DNA from: Tubulanus polymorphus
Lineage: Eukaryota; Animalia; Nemertea
Reading direction: 5' to 3'
Assembly (NCBI RefSeq): GCF_964204645.1
Contig: NC_134027.1
Span: 16,950,560 to 17,014,559 of the forward strand
Length of the DNA stretch: 64,000 nt
Shown: positions 24,475 to 37,160 of the stretch, one piece after another
How the letters are laid out: each line of letters starts with the position of its first letter
Position numbering within the stretch: the stretch's first letter is position 1
Translations under genes and position numbers: made by a program
The notes under the pieces: model-generated
Told to the model about the DNA's origin: nothing
Seen by the model: the letters and a program-made list of their open reading frames with translations, nothing else
Database searches by the model: none

Positions 24475-24834
24475 ATGAGTGTTGATGTTAAGAAGAAGCC
24501 TACATCTGAGAAACAAATTAAATGGGCAAGGGGGTTAGGTAAAAGATCTGCAGAATTAAAAAAAAGCTAAGAAAAAGAAATTAACTGATATAAATGAATC
24601 ACAGAAATTATCTGATATTGATTCGAATGATAATCCATCTGATTCTTCTAATAGTGGAAGAAATAATTACTTATATATTACAATTGGGTTAATCACAGTT
24701 ATTATATTCTCCGGTGTAATATATAAATATAAGTATAAATCTGATGATAACAATAATGATTCCGATGATAAACCTATTATGCCAGAAAGTAAGCCAAATG
24801 AAAAATCATTGAAACTAAATCTAAATTATTATTA
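24475..24834 (+). pseudogene. Homolog of the 122-aa membrane protein (28231-28599)
   Basis: KKKPTSEKQIKWARGLG vs KKKPRTQKQIEWSRQLG; TAAATG start; frameshifted; preceded by a fragment of the 201-aa gene homolog (GGIMTLISTGVITFSNI). Confidence 0.7.
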
Positions 24835-25926
24835 ATGGATATAAAGAAGATGAAAAAAGAACAATATTTAAGAGAGTTATATTATAACCCAGAGAGTGAA
24901 GTATCATATTCTAGTGTTACAGAATTATGGGATAAAATTAAATCTGATAAAGAAAATATAAAATATAGTGAATTGAAATCATGGTTACAAAATCAACCAA
25001 CATATCAAATCCACAAGAAAATGGATAAAACTTATTGAACAAGAAAAGTTATGGTTTCATATATTGATCAACAATGACAAGCTGATTTGATTGACATGAA
25101 GAACTTAGAAGAATACAACAAATGATATTTCTGGATATTAAATGTTATAGATATATTCAGTAGATACGCATGGTCAATTCCAATCAAAAATAAAACTGGT
25201 ATAGAAGTAACAAATGCTTTTAAGAATATATTCAAAGAAGCTATTTCAGGTAAGATACAATTTGATGAAGGTAAGGAATTCTATAACAAACATTTAAAAA
25301 ACTATTATCTCATAACGATGTAGACTATTTTTCAACACATTCAGATAAAAAAGCATCTATTATAGAAAGATTTAATAAAACATTGCAAACTAGAATGTGG
25401 AAATATTTTACTGCTTATGAAACATATAAATATATCGATGTGTTAGATGATTTAGTGAAAGGTTATAATAATTCTAAACATTCAAGTATTGGTATGAAAC
25501 CTATACAAGCTAGAAAAGTAGATAATTCAGAAATAGTTTGGAATAATTTATATGGAGCATTTGTTACACATGATTTCGGAGAACCAAAATTTAAAATAGG
25601 ACAACATGTAAGAATATCTAGATATCGAAAAACCTTTTATAAAGGTTATACCCCAAATTTTACTGAATAAATATTCAAGATTAAAAAGATAATACTAACT
25701 AAACCTTTTGTTTATAAGTTAGAAGATTTAATAGATGAAGAAATATTAGGTTATTTCTATGAACAAGAATTATTACTTGTACCAAATCCAGATGAAATAG
25801 AATACAAAATAGAAAAAGTATTGAAAACAAAAACTCTTAAAGGAAAAAAGCATTCTTTGGTGAAATATAAAGGGTATGATGATAAATTTAATGAATGGAT
25901 TTTATCTAGTAAAATTAAAAGAATAA
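24835..25926 (+). pseudogene. int: Polinton A retroviral-like integrase with chromodomain
   Basis: QADLIDM, IQFDEGKEF, IERFN motifs; collinear with 37161-38288; several stops. Confidence 0.92.
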
Positions 25927-26534
25927 ATGAATAAAGATTTATTTATATTTGAACCGCATAATATGTTAGTTACTGGGGTAACCAACTGTGGTAAAACACA
26001 TTTCATATTAGATTTGTTAGAAATTATTTATAAGAATCATTTTGATAATATAATATTATTCTTCCCCACTTATGAAATGAATAAAACATATAATAGGGAT
26101 ATAGTTAAGATAAAAAAGTTTATTATATTAGATCCTAAAACAGTAAGAGAAAATTTAGATAATTGTATAAAAATAGCAATTGATATTTATAAAGGTTCAA
26201 ATAAATTATTCATTTTAGATGATCGTGCAAATTTACATGATTCAAAAGTGAAAGTGAGTTATGTTATCTAGCTTTCTCTGGGAGACTTTTTGGGATAACA
26301 ACATGGGTTTTAAATCAAAAATATAATTCAATTGTTAAAGATCTTAGGGAGAATATAAGATTTCTAGTTTTATTTTATAACAAAGATAGAAAATCTATGC
26401 AACAATCATTGGAAGAAAATCAAATTATACCTACTGAATTACATGATGAATATATGAATACATTAAAGAATAATAAAGGTTCCAAATTACTTCTGAGGCT
26501 TCAATTTCCATATGAATATAGATTTATAAAATAA
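25927..26534 (+). pseudogene. Polinton A packaging ATPase (A32/FtsK-like)
   Basis: Walker A GVTNCGKT, Walker B FILDD; frameshift near 26255. Confidence 0.9.
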
Positions 26535-26564
26535 AATTTGAAATATTATAGAAACTATTTATAC

Positions 26565-26664
26565 ATCTATGTACTAGACGTACGAGTAAGAATCCAAGAT
26601 TCTTGCCAAGAAAGTAAGAAAGTAAGAATTCTTGGATTCTTACTCGTACATCTAGTACATAGAT
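26565..26664. repeat. ~40-bp-arm hairpin downstream of the ATPase
   Basis: ATCTATGTACTAGACGTACGAGTAAGAATCCAAGA...TCTTGGATTCTTACTCGTACATCTAGTACATAGAT. Confidence 0.9.
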
Positions 26665-26806
26665 AAATAAATTATTAAATGAAATAAATAATAATGAATA
26701 AATTATATATTAAAACTATGTTTATAATTTATGTTTACACAGGGGTACAAATATATATAAATATACTTTATATTTAGAATAATTATTCTGAAACTGTATA
26801 TATATA

Positions 26807-26896
26807 AGTAATTAGAAAAGTAGGCTTTCAGATCAGAGTACGAGAGTACGAGACACCACTCATCACCACAAGTAATTTTTTTTCCTAATAAATGGG
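26807..26896 (+). repeat. Polinton B left TIR
   Basis: Reverse complement of 50709-50798; ends in TAAATGGG start codon context. Confidence 0.93.
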
Positions 26897-27218
26897 AGAT
26901 AGAAAAGCATTCTTAGCAACAATAAATAACAGAATAAAACCAGCAAAAAAACAATTTGAAATAAAAAAGTTAATTGATGTTACAAAAGAAATTGAACATA
27001 AAATATTGAAATTAGAAAAGATAAAAACTAAATATGGAGAGAAAGTATCAGCTAATTTAAGCTACTGTAATGTTAGTACATCACGAGAATTTAAAGTGTT
27101 TTTACCTGATAAATGGGTTTCATTGAGTATGGAGGAATTGAAAGATTTAGTAGGATTTAAAATAATATATCATGGGAAAAATGAAGACGGTCATCATGAT
27201 TTAGAAATTGTTGATTAA
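26892..27218 (+). CDS. Small Polinton protein (putative OB-fold ssDNA-binding), homolog of 55889-56230
   Basis: Shared KKL..(T/N).YG.K....L...F...LPD...LS.E.L..L...IY.GKN..GHH pattern; function inferred. Confidence 0.8.
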   Translation: MGDRKAFLATINNRIKPAKKQFEIKKLIDVTKEIEHKILKLEKIKTKYGEKVSANLSYCNVSTSREFKVFLPDKWVSLSMEELKDLVGFKIIYHGKNEDGHHDLEIVD

Positions 27219-28230
27219 ATAAGAAATAAAAATAATGAATATCTAGAATCCAAAATAACCTTAGTCGTTTTATAAACAACTACAATCATACAATACATCT
27301 GTTACATATTATTATAAGAGAGTGCTTCATTTGAATATTGATCAATCAAACAGGTGTTGCACAACGTTGTTGTTATATAATAAGCACGCAGTACATACAA
27401 CACACACAAGCCAGTTAGCTGGTATTGAATTACTACGTTTTCATTAGTTGCTGAAAACGAGGTTTATTTAAATTAGCTCAGCCGTGACGACAGGAGGATA
27501 GTCATCATTCTCTCGTGATTAAAAGGAATATTTCAATGTTTTTACGGTAAGTTTTAGCAAAATTGCCCTATCCTCGACCTACAGAGTTTTCAGGGGATAA
27601 GCATCCCATTATTGAAAGGCGCCACGGGACGCTTATCCCCCGTCATTTCTACTTACACCCCCGGAGACCCACGTCAACCGGGATCTCCTTCAATGATTGG
27701 TAGAAATCACATTATATTAAAGGCGCCTAATGTAATTTCTACCAATCTCGAAATTCGAAACCGAAGGAGAAACCCGGAGAGTGGACGAAGGTGCATTTTC
27801 AAAATGCCTCTGCTGGCCAGAGCTACTCCAGTGGTTGAATGAATTGCCTTATATACTTAGCTAAAACACCTAAGTAAATGTTGTTGGTGCTAAAAAAATA
27901 TGTGAAATTTGAAATTATAAATTATTCCGAATGAAAAGAATGTAAGAATGAAAACTGATAAATGAATTATGTATTTTTAACTTAATTATGATATAATTTT
28001 TAATCAAATTAGTAATCAATTACTATGTTAATTGATTAACAAATTCAAATTCAAATATTCAAATAAAAACAAAATAAATTAATAAAAATAATGAATATCT
28101 AGAATCCGAAATGACTTATCTGGACAATTTAATTGCTCCACATAGATGGTGCCATAAACGGCACCCACACAGTGATAGACAAAAGTAGTGAGATATTCAA
28201 TTATTTTTTTTTTGCTTTTTTTCTAAAATA

Positions 28231-28599
28231 TTAATCCATTTTTTTTATTATCAATTTTGGAATTTCAGAAGTACTTTCATTTTTGATAGCAGTTGGTTCA
28301 GAATTACTAATATCATGAATTTTATTTGATTTCTTATACCAATCATACCCAATCAAAATGAATACAATTACAAATCCAACTGTAAAATATAAATATTTAT
28401 CAAATATTCTACTATTAGAAGGAGTAGAAATAACAATATTTTCACCATTTTTATTAACATTTTTATTACTTATTTTTTCTTTTACAGCTTTTTTATATTC
28501 TTGTGATTTAATTCCTAATTGCCGAGACCATTCAATTTGTTTCTGAGTTCTCGGTTTTTTCTTCACAGTTAATTCCTTCACTTCTTTCACCTCGCTCAT
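28231..28599 (-). CDS. Basic single-pass membrane protein
   Basis: 122 aa, TM YLYFTVGFVIVFILIGY, TAAATG start, homolog in Polinton A. Confidence 0.75.
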   Translation of the reverse strand: MSEVKEVKELTVKKKPRTQKQIEWSRQLGIKSQEYKKAVKEKISNKNVNKNGENIVISTPSNSRIFDKYLYFTVGFVIVFILIGYDWYKKSNKIHDISNSEPTAIKNESTSEIPKLIIKKMD

Positions 28600-29137
28600 T
28601 TATTATAGAAATATTTTTACTTTCAATATTTGAAAATGTTATAACCCCGGTTGATAATAATGTCATAAATCCACCTAATTGAAATGATAAATATCCAATC
28701 CATTTATTTAATTCAGTCATAACTAAATAATCATTTTTTAAATCGGAATATAATCTATTTTCATTTTCAATTGGTAGTATATAATTACATAATTTACTAT
28801 AACCTTTTACTACATTTTCTGATATCGCGTCATTAATTCTAGCTGTTCTCGCGGCTTCATAAATCTTAAATAATCTAATAATTTCATCTGATTTCATTGT
28901 ATCTAATTCATTATAAGTTAAATTTTTACCGACAAAATTTTTACATTTTCCAGATGCTATTAATATTTCTAATTGATGTTTACAATAAAGATAATATTCA
29001 TAATTATTATTTGTTGTAACATTATTTAAAGCATCATCATCTGGAGTTAATTTTGTTTCTGTTATTCCTAAATCATCTAAAGTTTTTTCAATTGAAACAT
29101 CACCATTTTTAGATTTTATTTTCTTTTCACCTCCCAT
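28532..29137 (-). CDS. Hypothetical Polinton protein with C-terminal hydrophobic segment
   Basis: 201 aa, TAAATG start, homologous fragment at ~24310-24380. Confidence 0.75.
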   Translation of the reverse strand: MGGEKKIKSKNGDVSIEKTLDDLGITETKLTPDDDALNNVTTNNNYEYYLYCKHQLEILIASGKCKNFVGKNLTYNELDTMKSDEIIRLFKIYEAARTARINDAISENVVKGYSKLCNYILPIENENRLYSDLKNDYLVMTELNKWIGYLSFQLGGFMTLLSTGVITFSNIESKNISIINERGERSEGINCEEKTENSETN

Positions 29138-29169
29138 TTATATAACAAAAAAATTAATTGTGTGATGTT

Positions 29170-29400
29170 GCAACTAGAATTTAACTAGAATGTAACTAGA
29201 ATTCAACTAGATTAACAAGCTAGTTGAAATATTGTTAAATCTAGTTGATTTTTGTTTCAACTACTAACAACTAGAATTCAACTAGAATGTAACTAGAATT
29301 AAAATAGATTAACAAGCTAGTTAAAATATTATTAAATCTATTTGATTTTTGTTAGAACTACCAATAACTAGAATTCAACTAGATTAACAAACTAATTGAA
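29170..29400. repeat. Degenerate 11-bp tandem array (AACTAGAAT-core)
   Basis: Many AACTAGAAT/AACTAGATT units, with a higher-order ~100-bp duplication. Confidence 0.8.
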
Positions 29401-29401
29401 T

Positions 29402-29909
29402 TTAAATAAATTCATATTTAAATGGGTGTTGTAATCTAAATAGTAATTTTGATCTTTTAATATTTTTCAACTCATCCATATATTCATTATGTAAATCATG
29501 TGGAATAATATCATTTTCCTCAAGTGCATTTTTCATCGATTTTCTATCTTTATTGTAGAATAAAACTAGAAATGTAATGTTTTCTCTAAAGTCTTTAACA
29601 ATTGAATTATATTTTTGATTTAAAACCCAAGTTGTTATCCCAAAATGTCTCCCAGAGAAAGCTAAATAGCATAACTCACTTTCTCTTACTTTTGAATCAT
29701 GTAAATTTGCACAATCATCTATGATAAATAATGTATTTGATCCTTTATAAATATCAATTGCTATTTTTATACAATTATCTAAATTTTCTTTTACTGTTTT
29801 AGGATCTAATATAATAAATTTATTATTTCTAGTAATATTTCTATCATAAGTTTGATTAAATTCATATGTTGGACAAAATAATACTATATTATCAAAATAG
29901 TTTTTGTAA
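29402..29909 (-). pseudogene. Polinton B ATPase, C-terminal two-thirds (left of the BEL element)
   Basis: Near-identical to 36725-37059, then continues to a natural stop. Confidence 0.88.
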
Positions 29910-30332
29910 GGAATAATTCCTGAAATTCTGCTTTATTGTATTCTGTATACTGTATATGATATATTTCTATGGTTGTTATTTCATGGTTTCTGGTCATGGT
30001 AATTCTATAGCCTGAGAATTTGTATAGTTCAATAGATATATCAGATATTGAGATTTTTGGTCACTTGTTATATGGATTTAGACCTGTAAGGTTGTGTTGC
30101 TGTATTTGAGTAAAGGGTGAAGATTTAAATTGAAGGTTTAGACAGCCAAATATTACGGTAAATTGCTAATATAAAGATATTCTCTTATGTCAATAATTAT
30201 ACAAATTTATTTATGGTAATTTTCTATTTGTTTGTAGTTAATCGTGCATCCGTGTTTGTGACGTCTGAAAATAAATGTCCTAATGATTTTTTGCCACGGA
30301 ACATGAATCTTACGTATCGGTTGATCTTCACA
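29905..30332 (+). repeat. 5' LTR
   Basis: Direct repeat of 36279-36706. Confidence 0.95.
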
Positions 30333-30348
30333 TTTTATTAACGTAATA

Positions 30349-33300
30349 ATGGCTACAGCAGCAACTGGCCAACAAGATGTTAGGCCAAAAGAAACAAGAA
30401 GTAGGTCGCTGACCGAAAAAGGTGTCGAATACCAGAAGGAGAATAAACTGAAAGATAGAAAAAGTCTCCTGAAGAAGCTGAACAACCTGTCTAGTACTCT
30501 TCTGTCAGTTATTGAGCACAGTGACTATGATGTTGTCCAGAATTCATACAAAGACTGGATCAAGACGTACGAGAATTTCTTGCAAGTTTCAGATGAGTAC
30601 TGTCTTCTACTCAGTTCTAAAGAAAAAGAGAATTTGTCGGTCGAAAGTAACGAGATGAATACATACTTCAACCAAGTCAAAATGGCGGCTGAAAATACTT
30701 TGTCGGTACTCGCAAGATCGAAACGGTCTGCTGAATCAAGGAAGTCTGTTAGATCAAAAGCTAGTTCAGTACGCTCTGATTTGAGTAAGGGTAGCTCCAT
30801 AATATCTGCTCGTTTGAAAGAAGAACAGAGAAAAGCTGAGCTTAATGTCTTGCTGAATAGTATGAAGAAAAAACAGACTCTTGAGCTTGAGAAATTGCGG
30901 CTGAAACAACAAGAAGAGTTTTTAGATTTGAATACGCAGCTGGAAGTTAGTGAAGCGAAGAGTAACGTGATTGAAACACTTTTAGATAGGGAATCGAATA
31001 AGTCAATGATTGATGATAAATCGTTCCTTCCTGAACCATTTCCTACACTTCTGAAAAATGAAATAGTTGAAAATGATGGTTCTTACAGACCTTTGAATCC
31101 ACGTGCTACTACGTTCATGCCATCTGATGTCGGAAGCGTTGTTAATGCGGAACCAAGAGGTATAGATTCGATTGTGAAGCATATCAAAAAGCCGTTTGTT
31201 GAAATAAAAAAATTTGACGGAAATCCTCTTGAATACCGGCGTTTCATCCGTCAGTTCAATTCTAGAATTGCTGAGAATACGGACGACGACGATGAACGGC
31301 TAAACTTTCTCGAACAATTCACAATTGGTGAGGCAAATAGAATTGTAACAGGTCTTAGCTATATTGGTTCAACACGAGGATATCAAGCTGTTCTTACAGA
31401 GTTTGAAGAACGATACGGTGACTCGGCGATCATTGCAAATGCTTTGTTAAAGAAAGCTATAAACTGGCCTATGATTAAGTCAGACAACAGTAAAGGCTTG
31501 GACGAATTCTCGATTTTCTTGTTAGAAGTAGAGAATGCTGTGAAAGATATAGATGCATTGAAACTTCTTGAGTACCCTGACAATCTGAGGAAGTTGGTGG
31601 GTAAATTACCATGGTCGCTTCAAGATAGATGGAGAACTATAGTACAGACAACGCGCTCTGCTGGTAATACTATAAATCTGAATACCTTAGTGAGTTTTGT
31701 ACGGAAGGAGTCAAAAAAGGTGAACGACCCGATTTTTGGTAAAGATATGATGGCTGCTGCGTTAGATCAGAAGAAAGACAAAAAGTCTCTGCGAATATCA
31801 CAGGGTAGCCGAAATACTGTTGCTGCACAGACGGGGAGCATTTCTCATACGAATCAACAAAACTCATTTAATCTTGCATTGAAGAAACCATGTATATACT
31901 GCGCTGGCGATCATGTATTAAATGATTGTAAAGACCTGTCTAATGTGGTCTTTGAAGAAAAAATATCTTTTCTTAAAAGAAAAGGCCTCTGTTGGGGTTG
32001 TCTCCGATCTGGACATCAGAAGAGAAATTGTAGATTGAAGATGAACTGTGATATATGTAAACGGTTGCATCCAAGTGTACTGCATGATGATTCTAGGTCA
32101 CTTCCTGAAAACCCAGCAATTATGACACGAAGAGATCAGAATCAGAACACGATATCAGATGTAAAAGATGGAATTCCCTGTGGCGCCATAAATGATGGTG
32201 AAAAGAAGACAGATGGATTCTGTACTATGGCTATACTTCCAGTTAGAGTGAAAGTGAAGGGAAGAATTCCAGAAGTGATAACTTTCGCCTTCCTAGATCC
32301 TGGAAGTAGTATTTCTTTTTGTACTTCGTCGTTGTTGAAGCAGATCGGCGGTATTGGCAAGAAAGTGAGATTGAATCTCGACACTATGGCGAGGTCTACA
32401 ATGCTTGATACTCAGATTGTTCATTGTTTAGAAGTCAGAGGTTTGGAAACTGAAGACGTAGTTTTCATGCCTGCTGTTTATACTACAGAGCAGATGCCAG
32501 TTTCACCACTGCATGTGCCTACAGAAGATGACATCCGTAAATGGTCGCACATGAGTGATGTTAAATTGCCTAAGATAGATGCAGAAATTGGTCTGTTGAT
32601 TGGCAATAATATTGCGGATGCATACACACCGTTCGAGTTACGGACAGGCCCTGCTGGATCACCACATGCTTCCAGAACTAGACTAGGATGGGTCGCCTGG
32701 AATGTTATTAGATCTGGTGATGAAGACGATGATATAGTTACCGACACTGTTGACAAAATCAGCTGTGCTGTGAGTTCTCTTGATCAATTGGTTCAGGAAG
32801 CTATAGATTTTGACTTTCCTGAGCGAATTGCTGAAGATAAAAAACAATGGTCAGTTGAAGATCATAAATTTATGACGATGATGGAGTCCAATGTAAAAAT
32901 AGAGAATGGACAGTACCAATTACCAATGCCATGGCGTGACAAGAATTTGAGGTTTCCCAATAATATTCGGCATGCTGAGAAACGACTGTCAAATCTGAAA
33001 AATAAGCTGTTGAAAAATGACAAGTTTCGACATGACTATAATGTCTTTATGGACAATATATTGGCTAAAGGCTACGCGGAACAGGTTCCTAATGAAGATT
33101 TGCGTTTGGAAAATGGTCGTATATGGTATATACCTCATCACGGGGTATATCACCCCAAAAAACCTGAAAAAGTCCGTGTCGTTTTCGATTGTCCTGCACT
33201 TTATGGTGGAGTGTCTTTGAATTCTCAATTGTTACAAGGGCCAGATTTGACTAACACTTTGGTTGGTGTGTTGATACGTTTCAGACAAGAAAGAACCGCA

Positions 33301-35841
33301 ATAATGGCAGATATAGAATCTATGTTTTATAGAGTAAGGGTTGCACCGGATGATAAAGACTGCTTGAGATTCTTATGGTGGCCGGATGGTGATTTGAACA
33401 AGAAAGCCATACCATTCCGTATGTTAGTTCACTTATTTGGGGCAATCTCATCCCCGAGTTGTTCTAACTGGGCTTTACGCCGGACAGCCACTGACAACGT
33501 TAGCAAGTATGAAGTAGAAGTTACCAATACAGTCTTGAAAAACTTCTATGTTGATGACTGTTTGAAGTCTCGTGTACAAGATGGTCAAAATCCAGAATTT
33601 GTGATGAAACTGATATCTCTGTGTAAAGAAGGGGGCTTTCGACTCACCAAGTTTGTAAGTAATGATCGTTCTGTAATTGAAAGTTTGCCAGAAGAAGAGC
33701 TTGCTAAATCTTGCAAGGAGTTGAAGAGTCTGGATTTTGGTTCGCCAACAGAAAGAGCATTGGGCGTCCACTGGAATATAGAGAACGACACTTATGGCTT
33801 CAGGATAACTTCTAAGCATCAACCAAATACACGCAGAGGGATTTTGTCAACGGTCAGCACAGTCTATGATCCTTTGGGTATTGCTGCCCCATATGTACTG
33901 CCGGTGAAAATTCTGCTACAGGACTTATGTAGAGAGAAGCTTTCATGGGATGAAGAAATTCCTGAAAAATATCTGAAAGTTTGGGAGAAATGGCAGGAAG
34001 GTTTACCTGGCCTTGAAGAGTTGGCTATATCACGATGCTTCAAACCTCAATGGTTTCATGGTTCTTCGAAATCTTGTCAGCTGCATCATTTTGCGGACGC
34101 AAGTGATGTTGGGTACGGCACTGTATCATATTTGCGCCTTGAAGATGAAAATGGTCAAGTACATTGTTGTTTTATATTTGCTAAAAGCAGAGTAGCTCCT
34201 TTGAAGAAAATGACAGTTCCTAGGATGGAATTAGCTGCAGCTGCATTACTGATTAAGATGAATAAGATGATGTTGGAAGAATTGGAGTACAGTGTTTCAA
34301 ATGTATATTTTTGGAGCGACAGCACTGCAGTACTGAAATATATTGCTAATGAAACTGCTCGTTATCACACTTTCGTAGCGAATAGAGTGAATTTAATTAG
34401 AGATGGTTCAAGTATTCAGCAGTGGAAGTTTGTAGATGGTCATCTGAACCCAGCAGATTATGCGTCTAGGGGTTTGTCACTGGGTTGTATAGAACAAAAC
34501 TCAGTAGTATGGTTACACGGCCCGGAGTTCCTTTGGAAGCCAATATCTGAGTGGCCACGTCAACACGGTGTTTTACGGTCCCTGAGTGATGATGATGTTG
34601 AGTTGAAGAAGACTTCTAATGCTGTACTTTCGGTTTCTGATGATGATCCTATAAAACATCTATTTAACTACTACTCAAGCTGGCATAGACTCAAACGTGC
34701 CGTTGCATGGTTTTTAAGGTTGAAAGATTGTTTGCTGTTGAGAGTAAGTGAACGTCTTTCTGGTGAAAACGCTAATGCTGAACGATTGAATACCAATAAG
34801 CTGAGTACTGTTGATCTTCAAAGAGCCGAGCTGGCAATTATTAAATGCGTACAGGAAGATTATTTCAGGAAAGAATTAGTGATTCTCCGTTCAAATGATA
34901 GAAAGTTGATTCCCAGAGGTAGTCAATTGTATCAACTAGATCCTGTTTTAGAAGACGATATAATCCGTGTTGGTGGTCGGCTGAGAAAAGCATATTTTCT
35001 TGAATATGAACAACGACATCCGGTTGTATTGCCTAGATGTTCTCATGTGTCGAAATTGATAATGTTGAGTGTTCATGCATCGGTCGGGCATCTTGGTAAA
35101 AGCTCAATGTTAGCCCGATTGCGCGAGCGTTACTGGATTTTAAGGGCTAATCAACTGGTTAAGGATATAACGAGGAAATGTGTTTTATGTAAAAAGTACC
35201 GTGGTCAAGTTTGTAATCAGAAGATGGCAGATCTTCCTCAAGAGCGATTGTTGCCTGACAATCCGCCATTTACTAATACGGGAACAGATTACTTTGGCCC
35301 GTTTGAGGTAAAACGGGGTCGTTGTATTGAGAAGCGTTATGGTGTTATCTTCACCTGCCTGGTAACTAGGGCTGTTCATTTGGAGGTCTCGCCTACTCTG
35401 GACACATCTGGTTGTATTAACGCTTATCGCAGATTTATCGCACGACGTGGAAATGTACGTCTAATTCGATCTGATAATGGAACCAATTTTGTTGGAACCA
35501 ATCGAGAGCTACAGAGGAATATTGATTGTTGGAATAAGGACCAAATCCATGATTTCTTATTGCAGAACAATGTCAAGTGGATTTTTAATCCTCCAGGTGC
35601 GAGTCACTTTGGAGGTGTATGGGAACGCCTCATTCGTTCCGTCCGTAAAATCTTGTTTTCATTGATGAAAGAACAAGGTTCAAATCTAAATGATGATAAT
35701 TTATCCACATTGTTCTGTGAGGTCGAGTCGATTTTGAATAGTCGACCTATATCTACGTTATCAAATGATCCAAATGATCTACAACCTTTAACACCTATTA
35801 CTGTTACACAAAGGATCTACTTTTCCTCCCGGACTATTTGA
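30349..35841 (+). CDS. BEL/Pao Gag-PR-RT-RH-IN polyprotein (C-terminus frameshifted; native tail continues to ~36169)
   Basis: Triple Cys-His gag knuckles, FLDPGS protease, ADIESMF and FYVDD RT, FADAS RNase H, TDYFGP/SDNGTNF/WERL integrase. Confidence 0.96.
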   Translation: MATAATGQQDVRPKETRSRSLTEKGVEYQKENKLKDRKSLLKKLNNLSSTLLSVIEHSDYDVVQNSYKDWIKTYENFLQVSDEYCLLLSSKEKENLSVESNEMNTYFNQVKMAAENTLSVLARSKRSAESRKSVRSKASSVRSDLSKGSSIISARLKEEQRKAELNVLLNSMKKKQTLELEKLRLKQQEEFLDLNTQLEVSEAKSNVIETLLDRESNKSMIDDKSFLPEPFPTLLKNEIVENDGSYRPLNPRATTFMPSDVGSVVNAEPRGIDSIVKHIKKPFVEIKKFDGNPLEYRRFIRQFNSRIAENTDDDDERLNFLEQFTIGEANRIVTGLSYIGSTRGYQAVLTEFEERYGDSAIIANALLKKAINWPMIKSDNSKGLDEFSIFLLEVENAVKDIDALKLLEYPDNLRKLVGKLPWSLQDRWRTIVQTTRSAGNTINLNTLVSFVRKESKKVNDPIFGKDMMAAALDQKKDKKSLRISQGSRNTVAAQTGSISHTNQQNSFNLALKKPCIYCAGDHVLNDCKDLSNVVFEEKISFLKRKGLCWGCLRSGHQKRNCRLKMNCDICKRLHPSVLHDDSRSLPENPAIMTRRDQNQNTISDVKDGIPCGAINDGEKKTDGFCTMAILPVRVKVKGRIPEVITFAFLDPGSSISFCTSSLLKQIGGIGKKVRLNLDTMARSTMLDTQIVHCLEVRGLETEDVVFMPAVYTTEQMPVSPLHVPTEDDIRKWSHMSDVKLPKIDAEIGLLIGNNIADAYTPFELRTGPAGSPHASRTRLGWVAWNVIRSGDEDDDIVTDTVDKISCAVSSLDQLVQEAIDFDFPERIAEDKKQWSVEDHKFMTMMESNVKIENGQYQLPMPWRDKNLRFPNNIRHAEKRLSNLKNKLLKNDKFRHDYNVFMDNILAKGYAEQVPNEDLRLENGRIWYIPHHGVYHPKKPEKVRVVFDCPALYGGVSLNSQLLQGPDLTNTLVGVLIRFRQERTAIMADIESMFYRVRVAPDDKDCLRFLWWPDGDLNKKAIPFRMLVHLFGAISSPSCSNWALRRTATDNVSKYEVEVTNTVLKNFYVDDCLKSRVQDGQNPEFVMKLISLCKEGGFRLTKFVSNDRSVIESLPEEELAKSCKELKSLDFGSPTERALGVHWNIENDTYGFRITSKHQPNTRRGILSTVSTVYDPLGIAAPYVLPVKILLQDLCREKLSWDEEIPEKYLKVWEKWQEGLPGLEELAISRCFKPQWFHGSSKSCQLHHFADASDVGYGTVSYLRLEDENGQVHCCFIFAKSRVAPLKKMTVPRMELAAAALLIKMNKMMLEELEYSVSNVYFWSDSTAVLKYIANETARYHTFVANRVNLIRDGSSIQQWKFVDGHLNPADYASRGLSLGCIEQNSVVWLHGPEFLWKPISEWPRQHGVLRSLSDDDVELKKTSNAVLSVSDDDPIKHLFNYYSSWHRLKRAVAWFLRLKDCLLLRVSERLSGENANAERLNTNKLSTVDLQRAELAIIKCVQEDYFRKELVILRSNDRKLIPRGSQLYQLDPVLEDDIIRVGGRLRKAYFLEYEQRHPVVLPRCSHVSKLIMLSVHASVGHLGKSSMLARLRERYWILRANQLVKDITRKCVLCKKYRGQVCNQKMADLPQERLLPDNPPFTNTGTDYFGPFEVKRGRCIEKRYGVIFTCLVTRAVHLEVSPTLDTSGCINAYRRFIARRGNVRLIRSDNGTNFVGTNRELQRNIDCWNKDQIHDFLLQNNVKWIFNPPGASHFGGVWERLIRSVRKILFSLMKEQGSNLNDDNLSTLFCEVESILNSRPISTLSNDPNDLQPLTPITVTQRIYFSSRTI

Positions 35842-36278
35842 CAAATCCGATTTATATACTCGACGTCGTTGGAGGCAAGTTCAGCATATTGCGAATGTTT
35901 TCTGGAAGCGGTGGACATCTGAGTATTTGCATCTCCTGCAGATTCGCAGTAAATGGAATACTGCGAAACGAAACGTATGTGTTGGAGATATTGTCTTCAT
36001 CGTCGATTGATCCATCCGTAACTCGTGGACTCTATCGCGTATTTCAGAAGTCCATCGTGATCGAAAAGGTTTTGTTCGTTCGGCTTCAGTAAGAACGGCA
36101 AAGGGTACTATTTTTCAGCGTCCTATTGATAAGCTGTGCGTTCTCGTCGAAAATGAAATTAAACTTTAGATTCTCTTTGTTACTTTAGATTCATCGTGCT
36201 TAACAGTCAAGAATAGGTTTTTGTTTTTGGACATTATCGTTATTATGTTAATTGAGTTTCTCAATTAGGGGGCGGGTA

Positions 36279-36706
36279 TGTAAGGAATAATTCCTGAAAT
36301 TCTGCTTTATTGTATTCTGTATACTGTATTTGATATATTTCTATGGTTGTTATTTCATGGTTTCTGGTCATGGTAATTCTATAGCCTGAGAATTTGTATA
36401 GTTCAATAGATATATCAGATATTGAGATTTTTGGTCACTTGTTATATGGATTTAGACCTGTAAGGTTGTGTTGCTGTATTTGAGTAAAGGGTGAAGATTT
36501 AAATTGAAGGTTTAGACAGCCAAATATTACGGTAAATTGCTAATATAAAGATATTCTCTTATGTCAATAATTATACAAATTTATTTATGGTAATTTTCTA
36601 TTTGTTTGTAGTTAATCGTGCATCCGTGTTTGTGACGTCTGAAAATAAATGTCCTAATGATTTTTTGCCACGGAACATGAATCTTACGTATCGGTTGATC
36701 TTCACA
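36279..36706 (+). repeat. 3' LTR
   Basis: Direct repeat of 29905-30332. Confidence 0.95.
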
Positions 36707-37160
36707 AGTCATAAGAAAGTAATCTAATGTTTTCTCTAAAGTCTTTAACAATTGAATTATATTTTTGATTTAAAACCCAAGTTGTTATCCCAAAATGTCT
36801 CCCAGAGAAAGCTAAATAGCATAACTCACTTTCTCTAACTTTTGAATCATGTAAATTTGCACAATCATCTATGATAAATAATGTATTTGATCCTTTATAA
36901 ATATCAATTGCTATTTTTATACAATTATCTAAATTTTCTTTTACTGTTTTAGGATCTAATATAATAAATTTATTATTTCTAGTAATATTTCTATCATAAG
37001 TTTGATTAAATTCATATGTTGGACAAAATAATACTATATTATCAAAATAGTTTTTGTAAACAGTTTCTAATAAATTTAATATAAAATAAGTTTTTCCACA
37101 ATTTGTTACACCAGAAATTAACATATTATGAGGCTCAAATATAAATAATTCCTTATTCAT
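36702..37160 (-). pseudogene. Polinton B packaging ATPase, N-terminal part (interrupted)
   Basis: GVTNCGKT, FIIDD, SGRH, NQ motifs of A32-like ATPases. Confidence 0.92.

Larger units (their letters stand above)
29905..36706 (+). mobile_element. Full-length BEL/Pao LTR retrotransposon
   Basis: 428-bp LTRs TGT...ACA, nearly identical (one mismatch noticed); single gag-pol ORF; PPT AGGGGGCGGG before the 3' LTR. Confidence 0.96.

Noticed and set aside
18281-26534. Alternative genetic code or programmed frameshifting to explain split genes
   Set aside because: Stops and indels differ between copies and involve different stop codons, indicating decay or sequencing error
30207-36092. Short antisense and off-frame ORFs within the BEL element
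   Set aside because: Shadow frames of gag-pol
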